Shown piece after piece: positions 11,833 to 32,210 of a DNA stretch of 64,000 nucleotides. The notes beneath the pieces are model-generated. The model worked only from the letters and a program-made list of their open reading frames with translations. It was not told the origin of the DNA and did no database searches. Position 1 is the first letter of the stretch, and the number at the start of each line of letters is the position of its first letter. The stretch spans positions 682,001-746,000 of the forward strand of contig LSRY02000016.1 of the NCBI GenBank assembly GCA_001643675.2. Reading direction: 5' to 3'. The position numbers and the translations under genes were made by a program. This DNA is from Monocercomonoides exilis PA203. Lineage: Eukaryota; Protista; Preaxostyla.

Positions 11833-12626
11833 CTGTGTTTTTTAAATTTTTTTTCATTAAAATTTTTTTGCCCCGTTCTCTGTGAATATACCTAATTATT
11901 ACATATATTTGATTAACATAAATCGATAATTTAATTTTCTTTCTTTCTTTCTTTCTTTTTTTTGTGACGTGAAAAAATCTGTTAAGTCCGTCAAAAATCG
12001 AAAAAGTCACGTCAGAAGCCACCACGTCACCCAGGGTTAATATTTTCCCCCACATGTTCATGAAATTTTATTATCAATTTTGTTTATAAAAAATAATTTT
12101 TTTTAACAAAAGAATTTTAAATTACAAACTTCAAAACTGTTCGATCCATCAAAACAGTGAAATAAAAGTGTTATTTTAAAATAGCATGATTATTGCGTTA
12201 AATAACAATTTTTTTTGAAGAGTTGAAATGGGAAAAAATTTTTTCGTTTATGAATTATGTTCCACATAGTTCTTTCAAAGATTTTTTCTCGATTTTTTAT
12301 ATTTTTTTAATTTATTTTGAACAAAAATTTTAGAATAATAATCATACGATTACATAAAAAGTTTGGTACAAATCATTGAACTTTTTTTTAAATGAAATGA
12401 AAACTCTCCTTAATCTCTAATTGGGATAAAATTTTTTCATTTATGAAAGAAATAACGATTTGATCCAAACTTTTTCTCAAACCTTATCATTAAAAGTCCT
12501 TCATTCCCATGTCAAAAAAATACAGAAAAATACTAAAATTGAGAAAAATATTTGTTTGAGAAGAATGGAACAAAATTCATTAAGCAAAATATTTCGTCCC
12601 AATTGTTCATTTGGCCCTTAATTAAA

Positions 12627-19388
<6,762 letters not shown>

Positions 19389-20470
19389 CATGCACTTATC
19401 ACCCAAGGATTATACCTTTATTGTTTGTATTTTTTCATATTAATATCCATTTTTTGGGGTTTGTACTTGGCCAACTTTTGTTGGTTGATTTTGCCTTTTG
19501 ATTGTCTTTATTTTCATTATTTTTTTGATGCAATTGTTGCATTGTCGCTATGTAGAGTAAATATGTTTGACGAATCGATTATTTCTTAAAAAATTGATTA
19601 TATTTTAAATATGCATCTGGCTTTCTTTTCTTTCTTGCATACTAGTTTTTTTGTGATGATATTCAAAAAAATATAAATATTTCCATAGAAAGCTCATATC
19701 CAGTTTTTCTTTTTGCTTCATTTTTTTTAGTATTCATATTATAGTTTTGATTTTTTCATTATAAAGTATTATTATTCTTTAATATAATCATTATTCCAGT
19801 CTTTTCAATCAGCGTTCTTGCAATTTATATTGCATTTATTCATGTTATGAAGTATTTTTATTCAACTGTTTCTTTTTTGTTAATCAACCAAATAGTAGTT
19901 ATTTTACGAAGTTAGAATTATCAGTATTTTTCTTCCAATAAATAACACTCTTTCCACAGATATTATAGCTTGTTTCATTCTTACGAGTGGCTTGCTATTG
20001 CGTATGGACTTAATAAACAAAGAAAGCAAATGCACATGAACAGTCTTTCAATTCAGTATAATAAATGACTTATCAGTCAAATTTTGCATATTGACAAAAC
20101 CAACTCATCTGTTGATTAGTTAAAAACGACTGTTCATTAAAAGGCTATTTAAGTTGATGACTAATCAACCGAAAAATAAACTTTATTAAAAACTATTTTG
20201 AATCTGTTTTCTTAAATTATTTTTCATTGAAGCTAATTTTCTGATAAATTATTTGTGAACAATGTGAAAGTTTCATTTATTTACATCATGTTTTGTTGAA
20301 ATTATTTTATTCAATAAATACATAGACATTCAGATGTTAATTATTTAAAAAACCTTTGTAAAAAAACAAAAAAGTGTTTTTAAAAAGAATTCATGAACAA
20401 TTTTCAAAAAAATAAATACACCGAAATTAGGATGTTTGAAACCAAAATCACTTCAAATAACGAATAATTT

Positions 20471-23400
20471 TTACCACGAGTCTGTAATCATCTGCTTTTC
20501 ATCTGTCTCGATGATTCTCTTCTTCTTCTTCTTCTTCTTCTTCTTTCTTTGAATGTGTTCATCAGATTGCATTTCAGGAATTTTTTCATCAGATTTTTCA
20601 GGTATCTGTGCCTCTTCCTCCACAATATCATCATTCTTCACATTTTTCTGTTCTTTACCTGGCTTTGAACCTGATTCACTTCCTTTCGTCTTCTCGCTCA
20701 TCAACATAGTCAGCTGCTGATAATGTGAAGAATAAGTTGTTGCTCCGAATGACAATGCAAATGGATCAAACATGCTTGTTTTCGATGGAGACAGATCTGA
20801 ACGGCGAGTCGAACGAAGCTTGGCATTTGTGGCATTCAGCGAATCATCAGGCTTTCTGAGAGTTCCCTTAAAGTACTGAATTTGCTCTGTCTGATTGACA
20901 ATATGAGGCTCCGGTGCTGGTTCTGTGCTTTTCGCACGTTCAGTTGAAAATTGCGACAGAGTACCGCTTTGAAAGGTCGATGCATTTGCTGAACCGTCCA
21001 GCGATGAGCTGATTATTTTCTCGCGCTGATATTTCGGCTTTGAAAGACGTTCAAAAAGTATGTCTTGCTTTGACGATTGTGATGAGCTTGCTTTTTGTGT
21101 TGCTTCTGACTGGCTCGATGAACAGACTGTAGGATTTGAAGAATCTGTACTTGTTCGAGGAGAAAGAGAGAAATTGAATGAAGAAATAGAAGGAATGAAG
21201 GTGCATTCTTTTAATTCATTTTCCTCTTTTTCCATCCGCTTTTCATCTCTCTCGGCCATTTTTCTTCCGCCTTCTCTGTAAAGCATCTCAATTCGAGCCT
21301 GACGCTTTGACATATCATCAGAACGCTTAGAGCGAGAAAGCGCATTTGAAGCACTCGATTCATTTCCAGATGATTGAGTTTCAGCCAGCCCTGATTCTTC
21401 TGTTCCAATGCCTGTTATCTTTTGTTTCTGTTTAGCTGGTAGTTTTTGCTTCGTCTTTATTTTGTCCGTTCTCTTTTTGTCTGATTCATCAATATCGTTT
21501 GCTTTTGTTTCTTCAGATGAAATGTTTGCACGAATTCTGAGTTTTTGAGTTTGTGCAGGGGTTGTTCTTGCAATGAATGTTGGTAGAATAGAAGCTGTTC
21601 TTGTTACACGCTTAGTGGATGATGATGCATAAGATTGAGTTTTCTTTGAATTTGCCTGAGCAATTTGACTCTTTGATGAATCAGAAACTGATTGTGGTTG
21701 CTTTTGAATTGATGAACTTGAGGAATCAGAAGCAGAATTCTGTTCAGCTTCTGAAGGAAGCGAAGATGATGTAAATTGCATTTGATTGCTGTAAGCTTTA
21801 TCATTGCTCTTTTCCTTTGTTTTTGTTATCACCTCTTTTCGTTTTTCTTTGGCAAACGACATTTTCTTTTTTGCTTTTTCTTCATTATCTTCAAATAACG
21901 GGCAGTGAAGATGTGATGTTGCGAAGGATGAACGCTTCAGCAACTGAAGTGTGGACAGAAATGATGTGAATGAAAGATGGAACGTGTTTGGTGGATTGGT
22001 AAGTGAAGATGACTGTGAAGAAGAAGAAGAAGAAGATGATGATGATGATTGCTCAGATTTCTCTTCTTCGTGTGATGCTTTCAAAGCACGTGGTGAAGTG
22101 GATGATTTAGCAAATGATGCTTTGTCAGCAGCTTCCTTCGAAGGATAAGCAGAGCCTGATTCTCTGAAAGGTGACGGAGAGCGAAATGCAGACGAGCTGC
22201 TTCTTGCAGCAGGCGCAGAGGAGTTCATACTTCTTGAAGAAGAACGAAGAGATGTAGAAAAAGTGTTATAGGCAACGTTGAAAGATTGCTCAACTGCCTC
22301 AGAAGCTGTTGTGTGGATGAAGTAATAGACGTCAGAAAAGAATGGAATGGATACAGTTGGTTGAGATGATGAAACAGAGCCGCCTGAAGATTTTGGCTCA
22401 GCAGAAGATGCTGAAGCAGAAACAGAAGTTGGAGCAGAAGAAGATGATGCAGAGGCTGTTGATGCACATGTAGGAAGTTTTTGCGGAAGATAAATATTCA
22501 CAACTTGTAAAAGAACTCTGACAACAGCATCAGAAACCAACAGAAGGCGAAGAGGTGCAAACAAAGATAGATCGACATCTAAATACAATCCTTTTTGAGA
22601 GGAAGAAGCGGTTGAAGTGGAACGAGAGGTTGATTGATCATCTGAACTTGTTGCAGAAGAAGATGAAGCAGATGTTGATTTTTCTGAGAAAAATGACTCA
22701 TAACTTTCAGTCAGAATATCCCTCATTTTTCTGAGTGTTTCTTTTTGTTTGTCTTCTTTGATAAGTTCAAAAGACATAAGTGACTTCGAAATGGATGAAG
22801 ATGCTGAGTATGATCTTGTTGCTGTTGAAGAAGTGGATTCCTTTGAAAATACATCTGCTTCGAGTGAATTGTTCTCTTTCTCCTCTTTTCTATCTTCTTT
22901 CCCTTCTTCCTCTTCTTCCTCTTGCTTTTCTTCTCCTTTTGCAGCAGTCTCATTTCTCAGCTTTTCTTCCTTTTCGTCAGAACATACAGCCCAAAGCAAA
23001 CTCCACATTTCCAGAATTCTTTCTTTGCCTTTTTCTCTTCCAGTTTTTTCAATTTCCTTTTTCAGCTTTTCGGCCTCAGCTTCCATTTTTTGCATCTTCT
23101 TCTTTTCCAATTCCCTTTCCCTCTCTCTTTTCTTCTCCTTCTCCTCTTCTCTTTCCTGCTGTCTTTTTTTGATCTCCTCCTTCAGCGCTTTCTTCTTCTT
23201 CTTCGACATTCTCACAGGCTTCGGCAGTGTCGACTGAGGATACACTGCATCTAAATAAATCGAAGACTGAGAATTGTCTGAAGGAGCACCTTGGCCAAGT
23301 ATCTGAACAGGAAGAGGATTTATCTCTGGTGTGAAAGAGAAAGGAAGAGGCGGAGGATTCCGCTTTTGATACTCAATTTTCATGCCTTCTGTGTAAAGTC

Positions 23401-26400
23401 GGCTAAACACCTCTTCTTTTTCTTCAGAACTTGCATCACTTTCATCATCATTTTCTTCGTCCTCATTGCTTAATTCATCTTCTCCATCAAGTTCCTGCTC
23501 AACAGATTTTCTGTTGTTTTTAGCATTTGATGGATGCTCAGATCTTGAATCATCATAATTGTCAGCTTCCTTCTCTTCTGTTTGCCGTTCGCTTCTTTCT
23601 GTTCTTTTCAACTTCAATTTTGTTTTTGCTTCTTTTTCTTTTCTTTTCTTGATTTCTTCTGGAAGTTGAATGATCTGTGGTGCAAACGTTACTCCTTCCA
23701 TCTCTTTCTCCTGTTTCTTCCTCTGCTCTTCTTCATGCCATCTTCTTTGTGTTTGAACTGATGTTGTGTACAATCGATCAATCAAATGATCCAACTCCTT
23801 CGTCGAAAGCTGCTTTAACTTCCCTCTTTGGTTGGTTTGCGTTTCCAATAGTTTGGATTCTTCATTCACTTCGTTTGTATTCTCTGTATATTCAATAACA
23901 TTTTCTTTCTGTTTGTCTTTTGCATTTTTTTCACTTTTTTCTTTTCTTGCATCTTTTGCATTAATATTTTCTTTTCTATTCATTTCGGTTCTTTCTTCTT
24001 TCCCTTTTTTCCCTCCTTTTCCTTGTTTCTCATCTTTTTCGTGCTCTTCAATAATTTCTCTGGTATTCTCCTTCTCCAATTGCTTTGTTGCTATTGGTGA
24101 TGTCTGACGGTTAATTGGCACATAATTCAATATTTGCGGAGAAAAAGTGCTTTCTTCTTCTTCTTCTTTCTCCTTCTTTTCTATCTTTTCTCTTCTCAGC
24201 TGTTCGTATTCTTCTTCTTTCTTCTTCCTGATCATTATATCTTGTGTCATCCTCAGAACAACTGGAGAAATCTTTGTGCTTGCTAAAGGAGAAGAAAAAG
24301 GAGAAGAGGTCGAAGAGGCAGTAGAAGAAGCAGACAAAGAGGAAGATGTTGCTCTGTGTGTTTTCGAAGGTGACGGTGTTGCAGAAGCAGCTGGCGACGC
24401 ACCAAAACTGAACCGCGGAGAGGAAGAAGAAAACGGAAATGAGCTTTGTTTTGCTCGAATAGGAGATTTCCTCGAGTTTAGCGCTTCCTTTTGCCTTTCT
24501 TCGATTCTTCTTTTTCTCTCTTTTTCTTTTTCTTCTCTTTTCTTTGCAATTCGCTCTTGTCTCTTTCTTTCTTTCTCTTTTCTTTTCTGCCTTAAAAGTT
24601 GCTTTTCCAAAAGTTTATTGTCATAATCTTGAAGTCTTCCAAAGTCTTCTTCATCATTTTCTTCGTTTTCAAATTCTCTTCTTTCTCCGTCTGCAATAGG
24701 AGTTTCTAATGACGATGAATAATTCTGTTTTTTGTGTGAGTTTCTTAATGTCTGCTGCTTTGATGGTGAACAAAGTTTTGGTGAAGTCGATTCAGATTGA
24801 GAAAATGTCTGAAGAGGCTGTGGAGGTGTCATTAGTCCACTGTAATCGCTTTCTTCATCTGCTTCCTCTTCCTCATATTCACTTTCTTCCTCTTCTTCTT
24901 CTTCCTCTTCCTCTTCTTCTGTCTCATTTTCTCTCTCCTTTTTTTCTTTCATTTCTCTCATTCTTTTTTCTATGTCACATCTCAACGAATTCTTGATGAC
25001 TGTTTTGATTTTCTCTTCTTTCGCCAGAAATCCGTTTTGTTCGCAGAATTTGTGGATTTCTGAGTCAATTCGTTCTTCCTCTTCTTTTGCCTCTCTTTTT
25101 CTTTCCATCCTTTTTTTCCTTCTCAACTCATTTGCCTTCTCATCATTGCCATTATTTTCTCCTTCTTCTTCATCTTCTTCAACAGATGGAATTGTTGCAA
25201 CAAATGAAAAGATGACTGGAGAAGCAGAGGAGGGAGAAGAAGAAGACGCTGATGTGGATGTCGGCTTTATCACAACTTGAAAGAGCATCGCTGATTTGTC
25301 ATCAGCATCTGTTTTTGCTTTTTTCTTTTCTTTGGCTTTTTCTGCCTTTCCATTTTTAGCAGCTTCTTCTTCCTTCCTTTCTTTAACTTCTTTTTGTGCT
25401 TTGGATTTCTGAATTTCAGTCTTATCTTTTTGGTTTTCTTTCAGTTGTTTCTCTTCTTTTCTTTGATTTTCTTCTTCTTCTTCTTCTTCATTGCATTCAT
25501 CTGGTTTTTCCTTTTCTTTTCCTTGAGATTCTTTATCTTCAATGATTTGAGGTGCATTATCTTCATTTTCCAATTTCTTTTCAACTCCTTCCAACTTTTC
25601 ATTCTCTTCCTCCTCTTTCTCTTTCTCTTTCTCTTTCAATCCGATAATGCAATGTATTTTGCCATCACACGCATGAAAAACTGTTGGCTTTAATTGAGAA
25701 GACTGAGTTTCTTCTTCGAACTCCAACTGGTCTAATGCATTAGACTTTTCTATGTTCTCAAATATCTTCTCTGAATCGGTGCAATTCTCAAATACATTTT
25801 TCTCAAATTCGATCTCAAATCCCAAATTTGTGTTCACAAAAACCGTTTGCTTTTGTAATGATGCCATTTCACTAGAAGAAAGAAGAATAGATTTTTTCAA
25901 TTCACACATATCACTTGATTCAGAAGAAGGAGAAGAAGAAGAAGAAGAAGAAGAGGAAGAGGAAGAGGTTTGATAGAAGTCATCTTCCTCTCCAACACAT
26001 GCAATTTGAACATTCGTAAATGAAATATGTAAATTGTCGATTTCTCCGTCTTTCTCAAAACTTGATGGGTTTGCTAGCAGCAACCCATCAACAACATCTT
26101 TCACTTGAATCCGGAACAATAAGCTGTGCAAATCAACAATATCTTCCATTTTATATGGGCCAAATAAAAGTCGACACGGTTGATTATCTGGAAATGAAGA
26201 GGAAGAGGAAGAGGAAGAGGAAGAAGAAGAAGAGGAAGAGGAGGAAGAGGAGGAAGGAGAAGAAGATATTGAAGCTGCAGACGAAGATGAATTGCTAGTT
26301 ATCGATTCTGAATTATTCTTTCCAGCAACTGAAGATAAATGCCGATCAGCACTCTCATCACTTAAATCAGTTCTTTCTTCAGTTTCATGTGGTAAATCCG

Positions 26401-29297
26401 AAGAAGGAGATAGATTTAATATGCTTTTAATAATTTCCTTTATCGAAGTTTCTTTTGGATCACTTAGATCTTTTGCAGATTCATTGGAAGAAGAAGAAGC
26501 AGAAGCAGCAGCGGAAGATGAAGCAGCGGAAAATGGCTCCAAAGCTTCGACAAATAAATGCGATGAAACAGTTTCAACGTCCTCGCCAACTTCATCTTCT
26601 TCCTCTTCTTCGTCATCGTCTTCATCCTCACTTTCATCTTCATCTTCATCCTCCTCATCTTCTTCGTCGTCCTCATCATCATTGCTATCATCTTCAACCA
26701 TCACAGCTGCTCTAAATTTTTCGTCTTTGTCTTTCGGTTTTCCATTTTCTCCAAACAAGTTATCAACACCAGGATCTGTCTGTGCGATTGATGGCAACTC
26801 CTTTGATTCCTCTCTTTGTGAAGTTGCATTCTCTTCTTTCATTGCAAATGCTTCTGCTGAATGGCCAGTGCGTTCGTTTCTTTCGTCTTTTGCTTCTTCG
26901 ACTTTATCTTTTTCATCCTCTTTTGATTCTTGCAATTGAACTTTGTTTTCTTTATCAGAAGAGGTTCTATTTTTCGTCACGAATTCTTCTTTTCCTTCAA
27001 ACGACAAATAAAACTCTTTGAACATCCCAAAAAGATACTCAGCCCTTTTTGCCTCAATTTTGAACTCCAAAACATCATTCATGCTTTGCGAAGTCACCAC
27101 AACTTTGCCATCATCCAATGAAGAGTCATTTGAATTTAATGCTTTTTCCTCATCATTTTGATTTTCATATGAATGTTGAATTAATCGTGTTGATATCTTT
27201 TCAATCTCAGGATTGATCAAAAACAGACTCAGTCCTGTGTCTATCCATTCTTCTTCTGCTAAATTTGGAGAAGTTGAACCATTCACATCTTTTGACGACT
27301 CAGATTGCGCATCTTTGCTGCTGTTCGTTTTAATCCATATTTGCATTGGATGCACATTTCTTTGATTTTCTGTCTGTTTTTGGGCTTCTTCTTTCTTTTC
27401 TTTGTAATTATTTTCTTCTTCTTCTTCATTTCCAATATCTGTCTCAAACGTAACAAAAAGCTGATTATCTTTTCTTTCTTCTCCCACAATTTTTGCTTTG
27501 CGTAACTTGAATGCATCATCAACAACACAAATGTCTGTTATTGATAACGACTGCACACAATTAGAATTGTTTGGAGATTCATCTGCTGATGCTTCTGCTG
27601 GAGGATCAAAGAAAATCGCAAATGAATGCTGCATTTTCTCTTTGAAAAGAGAAATATGAAGATTAGGCGGCTGAGGAAATGGAAGCTGAAGTCCCAAAGA
27701 AGAAGTGAACTCCTCGCTTTGATTCTGATGAGAAGAAGAAGAAGAAGAAGCGGCTGCTGTAAATGACTGACTGTTTTTATTCCATTTGGCAAGAAGATTG
27801 AAACAATCTATTGGAATTGATTGCGGCTGGGCTGCAAGTTCTGCGGAACATTGCCCGTTTGTAGAAGAAATTGTGTTTGGCGAAGAAGAAGAAGAAGATG
27901 ATGATGATGATGATGATGATGATGAGATCGTAGACGATTCTGGAGCATTAAGCTGTAATTTCTCTTTGGTTGATCTCTTTTCATTTTCAACTTTGCTCAT
28001 TTTGTTGTTTTCATCTGAGTTTTCTTCAGCCAAGTTGAAAGGATTGACTTGCTCCAAGATTGAATGAAGTGACGAAATAATACCATGAAATGACAAAGAG
28101 GAAGAGGAAGAGGAAGCAGAGGAAGAAGAATTTGCTTGTGAATTGCTTTGCTGAAGTGTTTCCGAAGTGCGTTTTGGATAATAATGCGGAAATGACAAAC
28201 GCAAAAATGAATTGAAATTAGAGAAAAATTCGTGAATGTGATTGTCAAGATGATAATCAGAATTATTATCAATGTTATTTTTTGTGCAGGAAGAAGGCAA
28301 TGAATCATTTGAACAGCGGAAAGAAACGAGCGAAGTGCAACTGGAAGGAAAAGATGTTCCAGCATATTCATTCAGAAGACTTGATGTGGAAAGAAGGAGC
28401 ATTGGAGAAGGAATCGAAGAGCAGAAGATTGAAGATAAAGACGTCAAAAAAGGAGGAAGAGAAGAAGGAGAAGGAGAAAGAGAAGGTAAATCTGAAGCGG
28501 AAGTTGAAGCTGAGGCTGAAGAGGAAGGTGCGTTGTTTGAAGAAGAAGCATCAGAATCAATTCCATCCTGTGAATGCTGCTCTGAAGCTCGAAGTGATTC
28601 AGCTCTTTCTTGGCACAAAACGTTCTCTGCTGCTTGATGAAATGCTTTTAAATGAAACAAGTCATCTGCAGACAGCTTTTTCAGCTGGTTAAACACAGAT
28701 GCTACAAATATCATGACATCACATATTGGACATCCATCAACGCTGAAATTTGAATATTGCATGTTATCCCCTTCTTTCTTTTCTTCCTCTTCTTCTTCTT
28801 CTTCTATCGAATCTTGTTTATTCAACAATTTTTCCAAGTTGAGATGCGTATGCTGTTCAGTGTCTTGCTTATTCTTTTCTTCCACATTTTCTATTTTATT
28901 TTCTTTGTCATCATCACAATTACCTTCTGCTTCTGCTTCTCTCTCTCCCTCTGCTTCTTCTGTTTCGTCTGAGTTTTGCTGCAAACGGAACATATCGTCG
29001 AATATGTGTGTGATTTCTTTTTTCAATGCGAACAGATATTCGGTGGAGCAAAGTGGAAGAGGTGGATCAGAAGAACAAGGAATTGCAGAACAGTTCAATC
29101 CAGGTGATGCAGCAGAAGAAGATGAAGCGTCGAGATTACCATTTGGAAATGAATTTGAAGAGAGATTTTCTTGCTTCGCAAAATTCGCTTTCTGCACTTT
29201 TGATAAATAACCATAGGAATTATTTCGATTATTTTCCTCTTCCTCTTCTTCTTCTTTGTCCTCTTCTTCCTCTTCCTCTTCTTCTTCCTCCTCCTCC

Positions 29298-29329
<32 letters not shown>

Positions 29330-30958
29330 TTCTTCTGTATTTGTTTCTTTTGCTTTGTTTTTTACGAGCAATGAATCACATCTTTGCTCCCAAATGTTCA
29401 CAGTTCCCATAATTTTCAGAAGAAATAGGGAAAGAAAACGAAGAAGAGACGAACACAAATTTCTGTCTCTAAAAGCCGAATGCTCTGAACAATTGGCCAA
29501 ACTCATTAAACCTTGCTGAAATGATGGTGCTTCAGTTGAATTTCTGCATAAAAGAGAAGAATTCATTTCTTGTTCTTCAAATGTTGGAGATTGGTTTCCG
29601 TGAAGTCCCCCAAAACGACAAGATGCTTTGCTTAGCAGCAACGTTAAATAAAACGAATAAAATGACTCAGACGTGCGCAAATGGGTGGAAAGCGATGAAG
29701 AAAAGGTTGGGAAGAAGTAGCAATCGAGAGAAGACGATGCATCAGCACGATTTGAGTTGAGAAGATTGTGGTAGTCAGAAAGAGAAAGCGAAGGCATGTA
29801 GCTTGGCAGAAGGCAAGCATCCATTTGTATTTTGCGAGATGAAGTTGGACACTGCTCGATTTCATCTGCAGCAGAAGAGAGCTCAAACAGGATTTCTTTC
29901 TTCTCTCCAAAGCAGAACGTTCCCAGCGGAAATAAATACAGTTCCTCAACTATTCTGTTGGATTTCTCAGACAAATCAGAAAGAACTGTTTTTGAATCCA
30001 AGCCATCCAAGCGGAATTGGCTCAGATTCATGTTCATATCCTTTCCAGTTCCATAAATTGCTTCGAGGAATTTCTTTATGTGTTTTGAATCATCTTCTCC
30101 TTGTTCGTATTCTGCATTTAGTCCTGCATCCTTCATACTATTCAACATTTCCATATTTGCTTCGTTCGGATTGCTTGTTGCAGCACAATCTGCTATTTGT
30201 TCATTTTGTCTCTGATCTGATGCTTCTGAAAACATCGAAAGATTTAAATTTTTTCTATTTGGCTTTTCTTTAATACCAAAAGGCAACGAGGTTAAAAATG
30301 CTGAAGATAATAAGTTAACTTTCGTTTCTAACTGTAATTTGGGTGATTTGCTTGAATTTTCCATATCGATTGTAATTTCATCTATCTCCTTTTGATCAAA
30401 TTCTAATTGCTTCACACTTAAAAGCAGACAAGAATTACTTAATGCTAAATTCTTTAGTTTCCATTTTAATGGCATCAGCATTTGTCGGTAGTCTTTTTGA
30501 ATTGCGCAATGATAAAAAGGCGGGGGCTGGGAAAATAAACGATTTAGTTGAACGTTTACTGATTTTATGCATTCAGTTTGTGTAGAATGAAATCCACTGT
30601 TTCTCCAAAGAATTTCACAAAGAATACGACTTAGCTCCTTATTAAATGAGAAAAACTCAATGTGTGAAGAAAGAGACGTCAAGAGCGCATAGTTGTCAAT
30701 AAGCTGCATTTTTAAATATTCTGGTACGTTTTGCGTAAATGTGCACCAGGACCCTTCCACGATTATGACAACAGGAATATTTCCGCGTTTTCTGAGAAAA
30801 AAAAAATTAACATTTGGTTTCAAAAAAAGAGATATCAATGGGGGAAAATACTTATTTCCTCTTGCTTCACATTCAAATAAATTGATCTTCTTCGATGTCA
30901 TTGATATCAAATGTGATATTTCTGTTATCAGCAAGCAAACATCATGAACTTTTTTCAT
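20471..30958 (-). CDS. Giant low-complexity/coiled-coil protein with repeated RLY...FxPxI motifs; true start probably in upstream exons
   Basis: Stop-free ORF of more than 10 kb. There is a probable 60-nt in-frame GT-AG intron at 30792-30851, and more splice-like signals near 31030-31155. Confidence 0.85.
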
Positions 30959-31669
30959 GTGATTTTTCGTTTTCAGAGAATTCTTGATGACATCTACTTG
31001 ATTCTTAAAATGGTCGATGCAAATTCTCTGGAAAAGATATAGTTAAAGAAAAAAAGTTCAAATGATAAAACCTTTTCTTCATTTGATTGAAATGAATATT
31101 GCTCGAATGGAAGAAATTCGCTGGCAAAGCAAATAGAAGAGTTCTTGCAGCACTGATTTAAAAGTAATTACAACAATTTTACAAAAATCCGATTTATAAA
31201 CAATAAAATTGTTGAATGCAGCAAACTGATAAACTATCCAAAAGTTCAAAAAGAAACGAATTGAATGCAACTGATTCGCAGTTAAATGATGGAATTAATA
31301 TATAATCTAAAAATCATTGATTAAAATCAAAAATATTTTATGTCAATATTTATAACAAGGAAAAAAATTAAAAATTATCTATTTGTCAAACAATCATATG
31401 AATTCAACTGCTTTAATTCTCCTTTTCTTAATTTCAAAAAAGACATTGCTAAGGAACAATTCTTACTGTAATTATCGCATTCAAAATCTATTGCATTCAT
31501 CAACAGCGTTCTTTTGAACTTTTGAAAACGATCAATAATTACATTCTTAATTATTTCATCTTGTGAATAAAACAACTTATTTTTGATTAGGAATTTTACG
31601 GAAGATAAGCAATATTAGAAGAATTCAATAGTGATAAATAACCAGAGCAACGAAAAAGACAAAACCTTT

Positions 31670-32210
31670 TAAAGATTGGTTTACAATTTTTCGTTCATTC
31701 CTTCTTCTTATAAATATATTAAACAAGCTTAGAAAAAGAAAAGAATGATCAAAAGGAAATATAGATGGTTTTCTTTGTGCTGAATAATGCAATATATTTG
31801 AATGTGAATTTCTTTTGAATTTTGATTTTTATTTTTTTTATAAAAAAAATTTTTCAAGGGGGTGAATAAAGAACTTTATTTAAATGAGTGATAGAAATCA
31901 TCCAATATCATCAGGAACATCAGAATCAAACATGACTTGCCTATCAGTCTGCTTGGCAGTTTTTGATAAGAAGAATTTTATTTACTAGAAGCTTGGAAGA
32001 TGTAGTTATGAATGAACTGCATTTCGCAAGAGAGGCAAGAAGAGAATTAGAAGAGCTTTCAAAATGTGTTGATTGGAAGAGAACAGAAGAAGGAAAAGAA
32101 GGAAAAGAAACGAAGGAAGAGCGGATAATTGAGAGTTGGCTAATAATGTTGGGGTCTTTTATCTATGCATGCGAATTGTGGAATGAAGAATTTGTAACTC
32201 TTTTTGTTTC
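31670..32210 (+). pseudogene. Fragmentary pseudogene of the helical-repeat family
   Basis: KELYLNE followed by a frame disruption, then IEIIQYHQEHQNQT*LAYQSAWQFLI...ELHFAREARRELEELSKCVDWKR...ELWNEEF. It matches the adjacent intact paralog. Confidence 0.8.

Larger units (their letters stand above)
11486..11892. mobile_element. Nested inner TIR element (GG...CC ends, imperfect 8-bp TSD; Merlin- or MULE-like signature)
   Basis: GGCATATTCACAGAGAACGGGGCA (11486-11509) and TGCCCCGTTCTCTGTGAATATACC (11869-11892) match 23/24. Flanks GAATTATT (11478-11485) and TAATTATT (11893-11900) match 7/8. Confidence 0.75.
11376..12039. mobile_element. MITE (outer element) with 17-bp perfect TIRs and an 8-bp TSD, hAT-like signature
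   Basis: TIRs TAACCCTGGGTGACGTG (11376-11392) and CACGTCACCCAGGGTTA (12023-12039). Perfect direct repeat ATATTTTC at 11368-11375 and 12040-12047. Subterminal TGACG/CGTCA motifs occur at both ends. Confidence 0.9.

Noticed and set aside
11375-12040. piggyBac (TTAA/CCC) assignment for the outer MITE
   Set aside because: The left flank is CTAA, not TTAA, and a perfect 8-bp TSD fits boundaries 11376/12039 better.
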